Shown: positions 1 through 9,534, counted from the first letter of the stretch. The stretch is 64,000 bases of DNA from Candidatus Dadabacteria bacterium (GCA_022827275.1 JAJDTG010000008.1:3510-67509), one strand, 5' to 3'. Translations and numbers: made by a program. The notes: generated by a model from the sequence alone, not told the origin.

Positions 1-87
1 CTCCCGCAAAGGAAATGGGCGAGCTTTTTTAGCAACAACACCGGGGGACCATGTTCAGGATTTAATGGTCCGTTCATTTGAAAAGGT

Positions 88-1398
88 ATGTCTTACGCAG
101 CAGAACTCTCCAGGATGGTTTCAGGTTTCCATGTTCCCGGTTCCGGGGATACGGGTCCGGACGTTCCCGAATTCGGCTTCTCTCCCGAAGTAGTTCTCTA
201 TCCCGAAACCGTCGAGGAAATATCCCGGGTCCTCGGGTTTGCTTCCCGAAACGGCATCCGTGTTTTTCCCTTTGCTGGAGGTACCAAGCTTTTTCTCGGT
301 AACCCGGTCGGCGCGGTCGGCGCGGCGCTTTCACTCAAGCGCCTTGACAGTGTTTTGTTTCACGAGCCTTCCGATATGGTTTCCACGGTCGAGTGCGGGA
401 TGGAGGTGAGTGAGTTTCAGAATGCCGTTGGACGCGAAAACCAGATTTTTCCCGTGGATCCGCCCCGTCTTAACTCCGGATCCACCGTGGGGGGGCTTGT
501 GTCGACAAACCTTTGCGGTCCCATGAGCACCAGATACGGTACGTGCAGGGAACTTATCCTGGGAATCAGGGCCGTGAGGGCCGACGGTGAGATCATAAAC
601 CTGGGAGGGAAGGTAGTTAAGAACGTAGCGGGCTACGATATCCCAAAACTTATGGTGGGCTCGCTCGGAACCCTGTGTGTCTTGGCAGAAGCAACTTTCA
701 GGCTGTACCCCCGCCAACCCTTCTCAAGAACCATCGTTCTGGGTTTCGACGACCATATCTCCTGTTCCCGGGCAGCCGGAGCGATACTTGCCGCGGATGT
801 CGTTCCCACATGTTTTGAAATACTTGACGAGAAACTCTCTTCAGAATTTGCAGCGGCACCGGGGGCCAAGAGAAGCCTGCTGCTTAGGTTCGACAGTTTT
901 GAAGAGGCAGTGCTCGAGCAGGTAAGACAGGTGAGGGAAATAACCTCTGGCGACTTCGCCTCCTTCACCGAGATAGGCAATGAGGATTCACAGGAGTTAT
1001 GGGATTCGGCAAGGGAGTTTCCTTTTTCGTCCGGGGCAGGTTTTTCCTCGAAGCTTGCCCTTCCGGTAACTGCTTCAATCGAGGTTCTCTCCGGTATTGA
1101 GAGCAATCCGGCGCTCTTGGGAGTCACGGCCCGCTGCCTTTCTAGGCCTGCCAGAGGAGTTGCGCTTGTTTCGGTAAGTGGTGACGATCAAGAGGCAGTC
1201 AGAGCGGCGCGTTTTCTCGAAAATCTTGCCGATTCGCTCGGAGGCCGTATCATGTTCTCGGGGGTCCGCCGCGAACTCAGGGAGGAGGTAAAAGCGTGGG
1301 GAGATTTCGGAGATGCGCTTTTTCTCATGAAGAACATAAAACGGCGTTTTGATCCGGGAAACATTCTGCCCGGCGAAAAAATATTCGATGCAAACTAA
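88..1398 (+). CDS. FAD-binding oxidoreductase, glycolate oxidase GlcE/GlcD-like subunit
   Basis: 436-aa ORF with a PCMH-type FAD-binding N-terminal region. Sits immediately upstream of a GlcF-like Fe-S subunit. Confidence 0.55.
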   Translation: MSYAAELSRMVSGFHVPGSGDTGPDVPEFGFSPEVVLYPETVEEISRVLGFASRNGIRVFPFAGGTKLFLGNPVGAVGAALSLKRLDSVLFHEPSDMVSTVECGMEVSEFQNAVGRENQIFPVDPPRLNSGSTVGGLVSTNLCGPMSTRYGTCRELILGIRAVRADGEIINLGGKVVKNVAGYDIPKLMVGSLGTLCVLAEATFRLYPRQPFSRTIVLGFDDHISCSRAAGAILAADVVPTCFEILDEKLSSEFAAAPGAKRSLLLRFDSFEEAVLEQVRQVREITSGDFASFTEIGNEDSQELWDSAREFPFSSGAGFSSKLALPVTASIEVLSGIESNPALLGVTARCLSRPARGVALVSVSGDDQEAVRAARFLENLADSLGGRIMFSGVRRELREEVKAWGDFGDALFLMKNIKRRFDPGNILPGEKIFDAN

Positions 1399-1409
1399 GG
1401 ATACGGATT

Positions 1410-2204
1410 ATGATAAGAAGGGAATCCGGTGAGGGATGGACGCTCATAACGCAGCCAAGCCACGCTTTTCTTTCTTCGAGAATAATGAATTTCTGGGGCA
1501 ATGAGGATTTCGAGACTATTACTCCCAGAGACGAGGTGATGCTGGCGATTAGGGAACATGACTGCGGATGGGAGGAAACGGATTCTGCGGCCGATCTGAA
1601 CCTGAGAAACGGCTATCCGAGAAATTTCATGGAGATGCGGCCCGAGAGTCAGTTTGAGATATGGTCTGAGTGTTTTGAAAGACACGTCGGCGAGCATCCA
1701 TACGCCTGCGCTCTGATAGCGCTTCATTTCTCTGAGCTTAATGAAAGGACTATGTCCAGAAACCCGGACAACAAGGCGGCCGCTTCGCTTAGGGAGAAAA
1801 CCAGGGAATTCCTGCACCGAAGCCTCGGGATCAGCGTAGGAGAGGGTAACCCGAACGGATACGTTCCTGCTGATATCCGGACTAATCTCAGGTTTCTTCA
1901 GGTGGGGGACATTATATCTCTGGCTCTTTGCAACGGATCAAGATCAGTGACTATTCCGAACGTTCCGGTTAACTACCTGGGAGACACTGCGGAGGTAACC
2001 CTGTCATCGCAAGACGGGCTTAACTATACGGTCTGCCCAAATCCTTTTTCCCGGGATTCTCTTCACTTTGATATATCCGGCAGAAAGCTTGGGAAAAAAT
2101 CGTTTGGCACCCGGGAGGAACTCAAAGAGGCTTTCCATGGGGCGGGTTTCGAGACTCTCGATTTTTCGATCTCTTCGGGAGCGGAGGGGCGCAATGTCGC
2201 TTGA
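1410..2204 (+). CDS. hypothetical protein (DUF3891-like) inserted between glcE-like and glcF-like genes
   Basis: 264-aa ORF with good coding appearance. Its stop overlaps the glcF-like start by 11 nt. Confidence 0.45.
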   Translation: MIRRESGEGWTLITQPSHAFLSSRIMNFWGNEDFETITPRDEVMLAIREHDCGWEETDSAADLNLRNGYPRNFMEMRPESQFEIWSECFERHVGEHPYACALIALHFSELNERTMSRNPDNKAAASLREKTREFLHRSLGISVGEGNPNGYVPADIRTNLRFLQVGDIISLALCNGSRSVTIPNVPVNYLGDTAEVTLSSQDGLNYTVCPNPFSRDSLHFDISGRKLGKKSFGTREELKEAFHGAGFETLDFSISSGAEGRNVA

Positions 2205-3489
2205 GACCGCTTTTGACCATACGGACCGGCCGAGCAGGAAGATAATACAGGACTGCGTTCACTGCGGGTTCTGTCTTTCCTCCTGTCCTACCTATCTTGA
2301 GACCGGAAACGAACTTGATTCTCCGAGGGGAAGAATCCACCTGATAAAAGCTGCGGAAGAGGGAAGGATCCCGATGGGCGAGTCGCTTGTAAAGCACCTT
2401 GACCTGTGTCTTGGGTGTCTTGCCTGTGAAACCGCATGTCCCTCGGGGGTCAAGTATGGAAGCCTGATAGAGATGTCGAGGGGACAGATCGAAAGAAGGT
2501 TCAAGAGGGGCCTGGGGGACAAGATCCTCAGGGCTTTCATCTTCGAAATCTTTCCCTATCCCCAAAGGTTGAGACTACTTCTGCCGTTTGTCTACCTGGT
2601 AAAAGCGCTTGGCTTGAAGAGGGTTTTCCCGCAGCGGCTTCTTGATAGAATAAGCCCCTCGGCTTCTTCCATGTTCCATATGCTGCCCGAGGTCAGTTCC
2701 GCTTTCGGGGAAACTCTTTCGGCTTTCTATCCGGCAATCGGAGAGAGAAAAAAGAAAGTTGCCCTTCTGAACGGGTGCGTTCAGGGGGTTTTCTTCCCGG
2801 AAATAAACAGGGCAACGGTCGAGGTGCTTCGCGCAAGCGGTTGTGATGTTTTTGTTCCCGAGAACCAGGGATGCTGCGGGGCCCTTTCCGTTCACTCAGG
2901 AAGGCTTGAGGAGGGAAGGGAGTTTGCAAGAAAACTGGTGGCCCTTTTCGCTACCTTAAACGTGGATGCCGTAGTCGTTAATTCTGCCGGGTGCGGTTCC
3001 ACTATGAAGGAATACGCCGAGATCCTGCGCGACGATCCCGTTTACTCCGAAGCCGCAACACAGCTCTCAGCGAAAACCGTGGATGTCATGGAATTTCTTT
3101 TGGATGCGGGAATAAAGGCGTCGCTGCACCCTCTTGATATAAAGGTTACTTATCAGGACGCGTGCCATATTGTCCACGGACAGGGGATACGGTCTGCTCC
3201 GAGAGAACTTCTGAGAAGCATCCCGGGAGTGGAATTCGTTGAAATGCAGCGGTCGGATCACTGCTGCGGAAGCGCCGGGATATATAATATCGTGCAGCCG
3301 GAAATGTCCGCCAAGCTTCTTTCTGGAAAGGTACGCGAAGTAGAAAAAACCGGTGCCGATTACCTTGCCGCCGGGAATCCGGGATGCATGATACAGATCC
3401 GCAAGGGACTGCTCGGTTCAGATTCCAAGACCAAAGTTGTGCATCCAGTAGAAATTCTCAACTGGTCGCTGAGAGGCGGCACCAATTAG
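2194..3489 (+). CDS. glcF: glycolate oxidase iron-sulfur subunit GlcF-like, (Fe-S)-binding protein with CCG domains
   Basis: Two ferredoxin-type motifs (CVHCGFCLSSCP and CLGCLACETACP) followed by cysteine-rich CCG-type repeats. Start placed at the ATG at 2194 (MSLETAF...) rather than the ORF-track start at 2068, which overlaps the upstream gene. Confidence 0.7.
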   Translation: MSLETAFDHTDRPSRKIIQDCVHCGFCLSSCPTYLETGNELDSPRGRIHLIKAAEEGRIPMGESLVKHLDLCLGCLACETACPSGVKYGSLIEMSRGQIERRFKRGLGDKILRAFIFEIFPYPQRLRLLLPFVYLVKALGLKRVFPQRLLDRISPSASSMFHMLPEVSSAFGETLSAFYPAIGERKKKVALLNGCVQGVFFPEINRATVEVLRASGCDVFVPENQGCCGALSVHSGRLEEGREFARKLVALFATLNVDAVVVNSAGCGSTMKEYAEILRDDPVYSEAATQLSAKTVDVMEFLLDAGIKASLHPLDIKVTYQDACHIVHGQGIRSAPRELLRSIPGVEFVEMQRSDHCCGSAGIYNIVQPEMSAKLLSGKVREVEKTGADYLAAGNPGCMIQIRKGLLGSDSKTKVVHPVEILNWSLRGGTN

Positions 3490-3508
3490 GCAGAATGCGG
3501 AGTCAGTA

Positions 3509-3805
3509 TTAACCTAGCACGGAATCCTTGCAGGCTTTCGCCACGCGAAACTTCAGGACTTTTCTTGCAGGTATGCTGATCACTTCACCTGTAGCGGGAT
3601 TTCTTCCCATTCTGGCACTGCGGCTGCTGACAACCAGCTTGCCGATTCCAGGAATCGTGAATTCTCCTTTTTCCTTTACCTCTTCACATGCAATTGACGC
3701 TATAGCATCAATAACGGTTTTGGCTGTCGCCTTGGTTATTCCCGCCTTCTCTGCCAAGCTGTTTGAAAGCTGGGATTTTGTTAAAGGTTTTCCGTTCACT
3801 GACAT
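3509..3805 (-). CDS. hup: HU family DNA-binding protein
   Basis: 98 aa. Sequence MSVNGKPLTKSQL...GEFTIPGIGKLVVSSRSARMGRNPATGEVISIPARKV is the typical HU/IHF fold signature. Confidence 0.85.
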   Translation of the reverse strand: MSVNGKPLTKSQLSNSLAEKAGITKATAKTVIDAIASIACEEVKEKGEFTIPGIGKLVVSSRSARMGRNPATGEVISIPARKVLKFRVAKACKDSVLG

Positions 3806-3945
3806 CCTCCTTAAAATCTACTAATAATTATCGGAGTATTCTGGTCAAAAGTCAATCTGTTTTACTGAGCGTTCCTAACTTTGCCGGTTGTTGCTAAATC
3901 GCCGGATTCTCAATATTGTTATGAATATCTTTTTTACTGAAGATT

Positions 3946-5103
3946 TTGTGGGTGGAAAAACAGATGAGATCTTGGTTCAGGGAAAGAAAAATGAAGAACT
4001 GGTTGACTCTGGCTTTAATATTCCTCGGTTTTCTCTTGGTTCTTTTTTTCCTGTACGCCAGGTTTCTTCAAGAAAGGGAATCGAGTGCACAGCAGCACTC
4101 TGAAGATAATGTCTACAGGCCCATAAAGGTGATAACGCCTGTTGCGTCCTTGGGTTCAGTTTACACCGAAGTTATCGGAAGAGTCCGCGGCAAGCAGACC
4201 GTTTTGGTCCGAACGACCGTCTCGGGATGGGTAAAGCGGATAGATTCCGGCCGGGGTCAGGAGATCGAAAAGGATGGAATTATCCTTGAACTATACGATT
4301 ACCGCGTGGAAACGCGTCTTGACGAGGCAAAGTACAATCTTGAGTCCGCCAAGGGGGAGCTTGCCGAGGCTCAGAGGGTATACCGAAGGAACGCGGCTCT
4401 TTTTGAGAAGGGAATAGTCTCTGAAGATGAGACCGAGGCGTCGCGAAACCTGCTTGAAACCGCATCGGCCGGCGTAAAGGCACTTGAAGCTTCTTACAAA
4501 AGGGCCAGGTGGAATTACGAAAACCTCAAGATCCGTTCCCCTATCCAGGGCCAGATTGTTGAAATCGTTCCCGACATCGGACAGGAGACACGGAACGGGG
4601 ATGTGGTAGCCAAAGTTGTTAATCTAAGCGGCAGGAAAGTCATAGCTGGTGTGGATGTGTCTGTTGCGAGAAGCGTCAAGCGGGGAGATGTTCTCGAGGT
4701 ATCACTCAGCGGAGACGGCACGGTGGAAACCGTTGCGGGTGAGGTTGACGGCGTGAGTCCGGGCTCTGATGATTTTTCGGGCACCTACGACGTTGAGATC
4801 GCCATATCCGATCCCTCGGTAAAATGGTGGCCCGGGGAAATAGTTTCCGTAAAAATACCGGTGCAGACGCTTGATAATGTCGTCAGAATTCCCAAGACGG
4901 CTGTCTTGTCCGACAGCAAGGAAAATTTCTCTTTCGTGCTGGTTGAAAGAAACGGAGAAGTTCTCAAGGCTAAAGTGGCGCCCACATGGATAGACGATAA
5001 TTCGGCCTACATATCCTTTGATTCGCTTCCCCCGGCTTCAAGGATCATAACCGAGGGGAACTTCGGCCTCCTTCCCGGTCAGCCGGTAAGGGTTGTCGAC
5101 TGA
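3946..5103 (+). CDS. efflux RND transporter periplasmic adaptor subunit (MFP/HlyD family)
   Basis: N-terminal TM anchor, coiled-coil region and beta-barrel/lipoyl-like C-terminal regions typical of membrane fusion proteins. The start could instead be the internal Met at 3991. No permease gene is adjacent. Confidence 0.7.
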   Translation: MWVEKQMRSWFRERKMKNWLTLALIFLGFLLVLFFLYARFLQERESSAQQHSEDNVYRPIKVITPVASLGSVYTEVIGRVRGKQTVLVRTTVSGWVKRIDSGRGQEIEKDGIILELYDYRVETRLDEAKYNLESAKGELAEAQRVYRRNAALFEKGIVSEDETEASRNLLETASAGVKALEASYKRARWNYENLKIRSPIQGQIVEIVPDIGQETRNGDVVAKVVNLSGRKVIAGVDVSVARSVKRGDVLEVSLSGDGTVETVAGEVDGVSPGSDDFSGTYDVEIAISDPSVKWWPGEIVSVKIPVQTLDNVVRIPKTAVLSDSKENFSFVLVERNGEVLKAKVAPTWIDDNSAYISFDSLPPASRIITEGNFGLLPGQPVRVVD

Positions 5104-5130
5104 TTTTCCATATCCCCGGGGTGTCCGGGT

Positions 5131-6294
5131 TCAGCAGGGCCGGCTCCTGAGAGATTCGCACTTCTCCCGGATAATCTCCGCCGCTCTTCGCACCTCTTCA
5201 AAGGTGTTCTCCGGGCAGAAGCTGAACCTTATGCTTGAATACGCATGCTGTTCATCCAGCCCCATGGCGGTCAGAACGTAGGACGGGGTAACATCGAAAT
5301 TGGTGCACGCAGAGCTCTGCGAACACCTTATCCCCGCCTCGTCAAGAAGGGAGACCAGCTTTCTTCCGTCGGTTCCGCCGAAATGGATATTGGTGGTATT
5401 GCATACTCTTTTTCCTCCGCCACCGTTAATCGAGGTGTCCGGGATGGAGTCTATTATCATTTTTTCGAACCGGTCGCGAAGATCTTTCATCTTTCCTACG
5501 GCCTGCTCAAGCCTTGTGTGCCTTATCTCGCAGGCGGTTCCGAAGCCCGCTATGCCCGGAAGGTTCTCGGTTCCGGGACGAAATCCTTCCTCCTGGAATC
5601 CTCCGAAAAGGAAAGGATTTACAAGCAGCCTGTCTTTTGCGTAGAGAACCGCAGCGCCCTGAGGACCGCTGATTTTATGGGCTGTGAAAGAGAGAAAATC
5701 CACGCAAAGCTTCGCAAGGTCCACCTTGAACTTTCCTACAGCCTGGGCAGCGTCAGTGTGGAGAGGCACTCCGTTTTCCCTGCAGACCTCGGAAATACTC
5801 GCCATATCCTGTATAACTCCGGTCTCGTTGTTGACCCACTGCACGGAGACGAGGTCGGTTTTCTCGGAAATCGCGTTTTCGAGTCTTCGGATATCAAGAA
5901 CCCCCTGTCTATCCACCTCGAGCAATTCAACGCGCACATCATTTAATTCGAGGAAACTGCACATCTTCATTATCGAGGAGTGTTCTACCTGGGTTGTAAC
6001 GACGCGCGGCTTTTCTTTTTTCCTCGTGCAGGAATAAAGAACCATGTTGTTTGATTCCGTGCCGGAACTTGTGAATATGAGGTTTTCGGGGGAGCATCCC
6101 ACAAGATCAGAGATGCGTTTGCGGGCGAGGTCCATGCGGCACCTTGCTCTCTCTCCAGCCGAATGGGCGCTTGAAGGATTGCCGAATCCCTCGCCCATGG
6201 CTTCGCACATCGCCTCCGTTACTTCGGGAAGAGGTCTTGTAGTTGCGTTGTTGTCAAAGTAGATTTCGCCGGAAATTTCCTCTGTACACCCCAT
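5131..6294 (-). CDS. cysteine desulfurase (NifS/IscS-like, class V aminotransferase)
   Basis: N-terminal YFDNNATT motif, SSAHSAG region, and a catalytic Cys-containing C-terminal SSACTN-like motif (SQSSACTNFD). Confidence 0.85.
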   Translation of the reverse strand: MGCTEEISGEIYFDNNATTRPLPEVTEAMCEAMGEGFGNPSSAHSAGERARCRMDLARKRISDLVGCSPENLIFTSSGTESNNMVLYSCTRKKEKPRVVTTQVEHSSIMKMCSFLELNDVRVELLEVDRQGVLDIRRLENAISEKTDLVSVQWVNNETGVIQDMASISEVCRENGVPLHTDAAQAVGKFKVDLAKLCVDFLSFTAHKISGPQGAAVLYAKDRLLVNPFLFGGFQEEGFRPGTENLPGIAGFGTACEIRHTRLEQAVGKMKDLRDRFEKMIIDSIPDTSINGGGGKRVCNTTNIHFGGTDGRKLVSLLDEAGIRCSQSSACTNFDVTPSYVLTAMGLDEQHAYSSIRFSFCPENTFEEVRRAAEIIREKCESLRSRPC

Positions 6295-6323
6295 TGTAAA
6301 GCTAATAATACACGATTTTGCGG

Positions 6324-6716
6324 CTAAGATGTTTCTTCCGGCAGGTCTTCCGGCAGGAGGAGGGTTATGCAGGGCTCTTTGGAATCTTCAGTTACCGGGC
6401 CCAGGTAGGAAATAACCTGAAATTCCTGTCCCTTTCCGTCTTTGGTAACCGAAGCGGTGAAATTGATCACGTTGGTTCTCTTCGTTTTCCTGGTCGACCT
6501 TATGGACGACACGAGCGGGGAAAGTATCTCTTTTAGCCTGGTGTCTTCATCCTCGCCGCGGGCCGAGGCCTCAGAATCAGGCTCCATCATCTCCTTTTTA
6601 AGCGAGGAGGTCACGAATATGCGGATCATGAGGCCTGATTCCCTGGCCACGCCGGATACCTCGAACTGCTTTCCAAGCTCGAGGTCCTCCTCTCTTTCCA
6701 AATAGAATTTTTCCAT
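6324..6716 (-). CDS. hypothetical protein
   Basis: 130-aa ORF. I recognise no family for it. Confidence 0.35.
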   Translation of the reverse strand: MEKFYLEREEDLELGKQFEVSGVARESGLMIRIFVTSSLKKEMMEPDSEASARGEDEDTRLKEILSPLVSSIRSTRKTKRTNVINFTASVTKDGKGQEFQVISYLGPVTEDSKEPCITLLLPEDLPEETS

Positions 6717-8010
6717 TTCTCTCCCCCTTGATATCGGTAATATATGGGAATTATGTATTTAAGTCATCATGATTAGATTCCAGCTGTAAAGCAAGTACAA
6801 TATACAGTGATGATAAGAACTTACAAATGCCGTGCGAAGCTCTCCGCTGGTGGGCATGAGAGGCTTGGGGAAATATTCAGGTTGTCTGCGGAACTCTACA
6901 ACGCAGGCTTGGAATCCCGTATTGACTGTTACAAAAAGACAGGCGAGGGGCGCAGTCTTTATGATCAGTACCACGAACTCGCAGAAGTAAGAGCGGAGTT
7001 GCCGGAGTTCGCTTCCATCTCTTCGGTTGTCATGCGAGGCGTACTGTCGAGGCTTGACAAGGCGTACAAGCGGTTTTTCGAGTACGGGGGTTTCCCTCGG
7101 TTCAAAAGTGGTCGGAGATGGCGCACCATCGAGATTAACGACCAGGCATGGAGTATGCTCAGGCGTGAGGGAGACAAGACTGTTCTCAAGATAAAGGGAC
7201 TGCCTCGTATCGTGGTGAACTCATCAAGGGAACTCCCGCCTAATAATCTGCTCAAGGCAATCAGAATTACCAGAAAGCCCTTGAGGACGGAAGTTGCGTT
7301 ATCGTATGAGTTGCCTACCCCCGAGGTAAAGCCAGTCACCAATCCCGTGGGGATAGATATGGGGATATCGAAGAGACTCACCTTGAGTGACGGGGAGACG
7401 GTGGAGAAGCGGGAGATAGACAGAAAGAAACTGATACGCCTCCAACGTTCCGTATCACGCAAGGTGAAGGGAAGCAGCAACAGGCGTAAGGCCGTCCGCC
7501 TGCTGGCCAAGGAATGGCAGAGGGTATCGGATAAGGAAAGGGATTATCTTCACCGCCTGACTTCGCAATTAACCAAAATGTACGACTTCATAGCTGTGGA
7601 GAAACTAAAGACAAAGAACATGCTTCGCGACAAGCATTTAGCAAGGAGCATACAGGAGCAGACTTGGGGCAGCACCATAACGCTGCTTAACGAGAAGGCT
7701 GAAAGTGCTGGCGTTAAGATGGTGGAAGTGGACCCCAAGGGAACATCGCAGGAGTGCTCTGCTTGCGGAGCAGCGGTAAAGAAAGACTTGAGCGTGCGTG
7801 TCCATAGATGCGATTGTGGTTATGTGGCGGACAGAGACATAAACGCAGCGATAAATATCCTTCATCGTGGTATCACGATTGCGGGGGGGAATGTTACCCG
7901 CGTGGTCGGAGGGATATTAGACGATAAGCAGGGCAATGGTCTTGCTCGGCCAAGAACAGTGTACGAAGGTGTCAACTTAATTACATAATTCCCTAGTATA
8001 TACTAGATGG
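6717..8010 (+). mobile_element. IS200/IS605-family tnpB-only (IS1341-like) insertion element, approximate bounds
   Basis: Solo tnpB ORF in a divergent intergenic region. No tnpA. AT-richer flanks. A 14-bp perfect palindrome lies immediately 3' of the tnpB stop. Exact ends not determined. Confidence 0.5.
6807..7988 (+). CDS. tnpB: TnpB (IS200/IS605 OrfB) RNA-guided endonuclease, RuvC-like plus zinc finger
   Basis: 393 aa. N-terminal MIRTYKCRAKL motif. C-terminal CSACGAAVKKDLSVRVHRCDCGYVADRDINAAINI zinc-finger/RuvC-III signature characteristic of TnpB/Cas12 ancestors. Confidence 0.85.
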   Translation: MMIRTYKCRAKLSAGGHERLGEIFRLSAELYNAGLESRIDCYKKTGEGRSLYDQYHELAEVRAELPEFASISSVVMRGVLSRLDKAYKRFFEYGGFPRFKSGRRWRTIEINDQAWSMLRREGDKTVLKIKGLPRIVVNSSRELPPNNLLKAIRITRKPLRTEVALSYELPTPEVKPVTNPVGIDMGISKRLTLSDGETVEKREIDRKKLIRLQRSVSRKVKGSSNRRKAVRLLAKEWQRVSDKERDYLHRLTSQLTKMYDFIAVEKLKTKNMLRDKHLARSIQEQTWGSTITLLNEKAESAGVKMVEVDPKGTSQECSACGAAVKKDLSVRVHRCDCGYVADRDINAAINILHRGITIAGGNVTRVVGGILDDKQGNGLARPRTVYEGVNLIT

Positions 8011-8059
8011 TTTAGCCGGCATATGCAGAACGCCGCTGCGGCATCGGGAGAGTTTCCGC

Positions 8060-8836
8060 ATGGACAAGACTGGAGAAATAAGGTTTGTTCCCTTGAGGGG
8101 AATTCCGGAAGTGAAGGAAGGGGACAGCATCGGGGAGATGATTCTGTGTGCCGCCGCCCGTGGGGAGTTCTCGTTTCTCGACGGGGATATAGTCGTGATT
8201 GCGCAGAAGGTGGTCTCAAAGGCCGAAGGCAGGGTCGTTAATCTTTCCCGTGTGGAACCTTCGGGGTTTGCGGTCACGGTCTCCGAGGAGGTTTCAAAGG
8301 ATCCGAGGTTGGTGGAGGTGATTCTGGGTGAAACCAGGAGAATCGTGAGAATGGATGAGAGAGAAAGCGGTAAGGGAAGGCTTATAGTCGAGACCGTCGG
8401 AGGGCTTGTGCTGGCAAACGCCGGCGTTGATGCTTCTAACGTTTCCGGGGGCGAGGATGTCACGCTTCTTCCGCTTGATTCCGATCGCTCCGCCGGGGTT
8501 ATAAGAAAGCATATAGAACAGGAAACCGGGAAATACGTAGCCGTCATAATAAGCGATACCGTGGGACGTCCCTGGCGGGAAGGGCTTACCGATATTGCCA
8601 TTGGCTGCAGCGGCATGAAGCCGCTTTCCGATCGCAGGGGAGAGACCGACAGCAAGGGTCTTCTGCTTACGGCAACCGAGATGGCGACTGCTGACCAGGT
8701 GGCGTGTGCCGCGGGGTTGCTGATGGAAAAGACCGCAGCGCTTCCAGTGGTGATAGCGCGCGGGGTTGAGTATATCCGGGGGGAAGGAAGTTCGGATGAA
8801 CTTGTCAGAGATCCGGCCCATGACCTGTTCAGGTAA
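8060..8836 (+). CDS. cofE: coenzyme F420-0:L-glutamate ligase (CofE family)
   Basis: 258 aa with CofE-like motifs (VVIAQKVVSKAEGR, LANAGVDASN). Confidence 0.7.
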   Translation: MDKTGEIRFVPLRGIPEVKEGDSIGEMILCAAARGEFSFLDGDIVVIAQKVVSKAEGRVVNLSRVEPSGFAVTVSEEVSKDPRLVEVILGETRRIVRMDERESGKGRLIVETVGGLVLANAGVDASNVSGGEDVTLLPLDSDRSAGVIRKHIEQETGKYVAVIISDTVGRPWREGLTDIAIGCSGMKPLSDRRGETDSKGLLLTATEMATADQVACAAGLLMEKTAALPVVIARGVEYIRGEGSSDELVRDPAHDLFR

Positions 8837-8850
8837 TTTCCCAAAATTCC

Positions 8851-9534
8851 ATGAAAGGTTTTTTCGAAAAAGACTTCCTCCTCATATCTCACCGCGGCGC
8901 GAGTCATTACGAACCGGAAAATACTCTTCGCTCTTTCCGCAGGGCTCTGGACATGGGGGCTTCGGTGATAGAGTTTGACGTGAGAAAAAGTCTTGACGGC
9001 CGCCTGGTTATCATTCACGACCGGACGGTCGACCGGACCACGGACGGCAAGGGAGCCGTTTCGGGGAAGACGCTTTCCGAGCTTCGGTCTCTTGACGCCG
9101 GTTACGGGGAGCGGATACCGACTCTTGAAGAGATCTTTGAGAATTTCGCGGGGCGCTGCGGACTGGTGGTCGAACTTAAGGAAAAAGGCACGGAAGAAGA
9201 AACGGTCTCCCTTATAAAAGCTCATGATCTTGTAAAAGATGTTGCTGTGGTTTCTTTCCGCGAGGACTGCCTTCGTACGGTAAGGGAGCTTGATCGCTCC
9301 GTTACTACGGGACTTATTACGGTTTTCGGCTTCGGGTGCGTGAAGAAGGCTGTTTCTCTGGGCTGCCGGGTAGTCGCCACGAATCACCGTTTTATGACGC
9401 GCCGTCTTGCCTCTGAAGCCCGAAGAAGAGGTCTTTTTGTGTGCTGCTGGACGGTTAACGATCCGAAACGAGGCGAAAAGCTGGCCGGGGCTGGGATTAA
9501 CGGGATTATCACCGACAAGCCTGACCTGATCTGA
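8851..9534 (+). CDS. glycerophosphodiester phosphodiesterase (GDPD family)
   Basis: N-terminal HRGASHYEPENTLRSF plus EFDVRKSLDGRLVIIHD, the classic GDPD catalytic motifs. Confidence 0.85.
   Translation: MKGFFEKDFLLISHRGASHYEPENTLRSFRRALDMGASVIEFDVRKSLDGRLVIIHDRTVDRTTDGKGAVSGKTLSELRSLDAGYGERIPTLEEIFENFAGRCGLVVELKEKGTEEETVSLIKAHDLVKDVAVVSFREDCLRTVRELDRSVTTGLITVFGFGCVKKAVSLGCRVVATNHRFMTRRLASEARRRGLFVCCWTVNDPKRGEKLAGAGINGIITDKPDLI

Noticed and set aside
2068-2193. Upstream part of the glcF-like ORF starting at 2068
   Set aside because: It overlaps the preceding gene by 137 nt. An ATG at 2194 (MSLETAF...) gives a normal 11-nt overlap and keeps all conserved motifs.
7993-9387. 464-aa minus-strand ORF overlapping cofE and the GDPD gene
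   Set aside because: Low-complexity S/P/T-rich translation, antisense to two well-supported genes with clear family motifs. This is a typical GC-rich antisense artefact.
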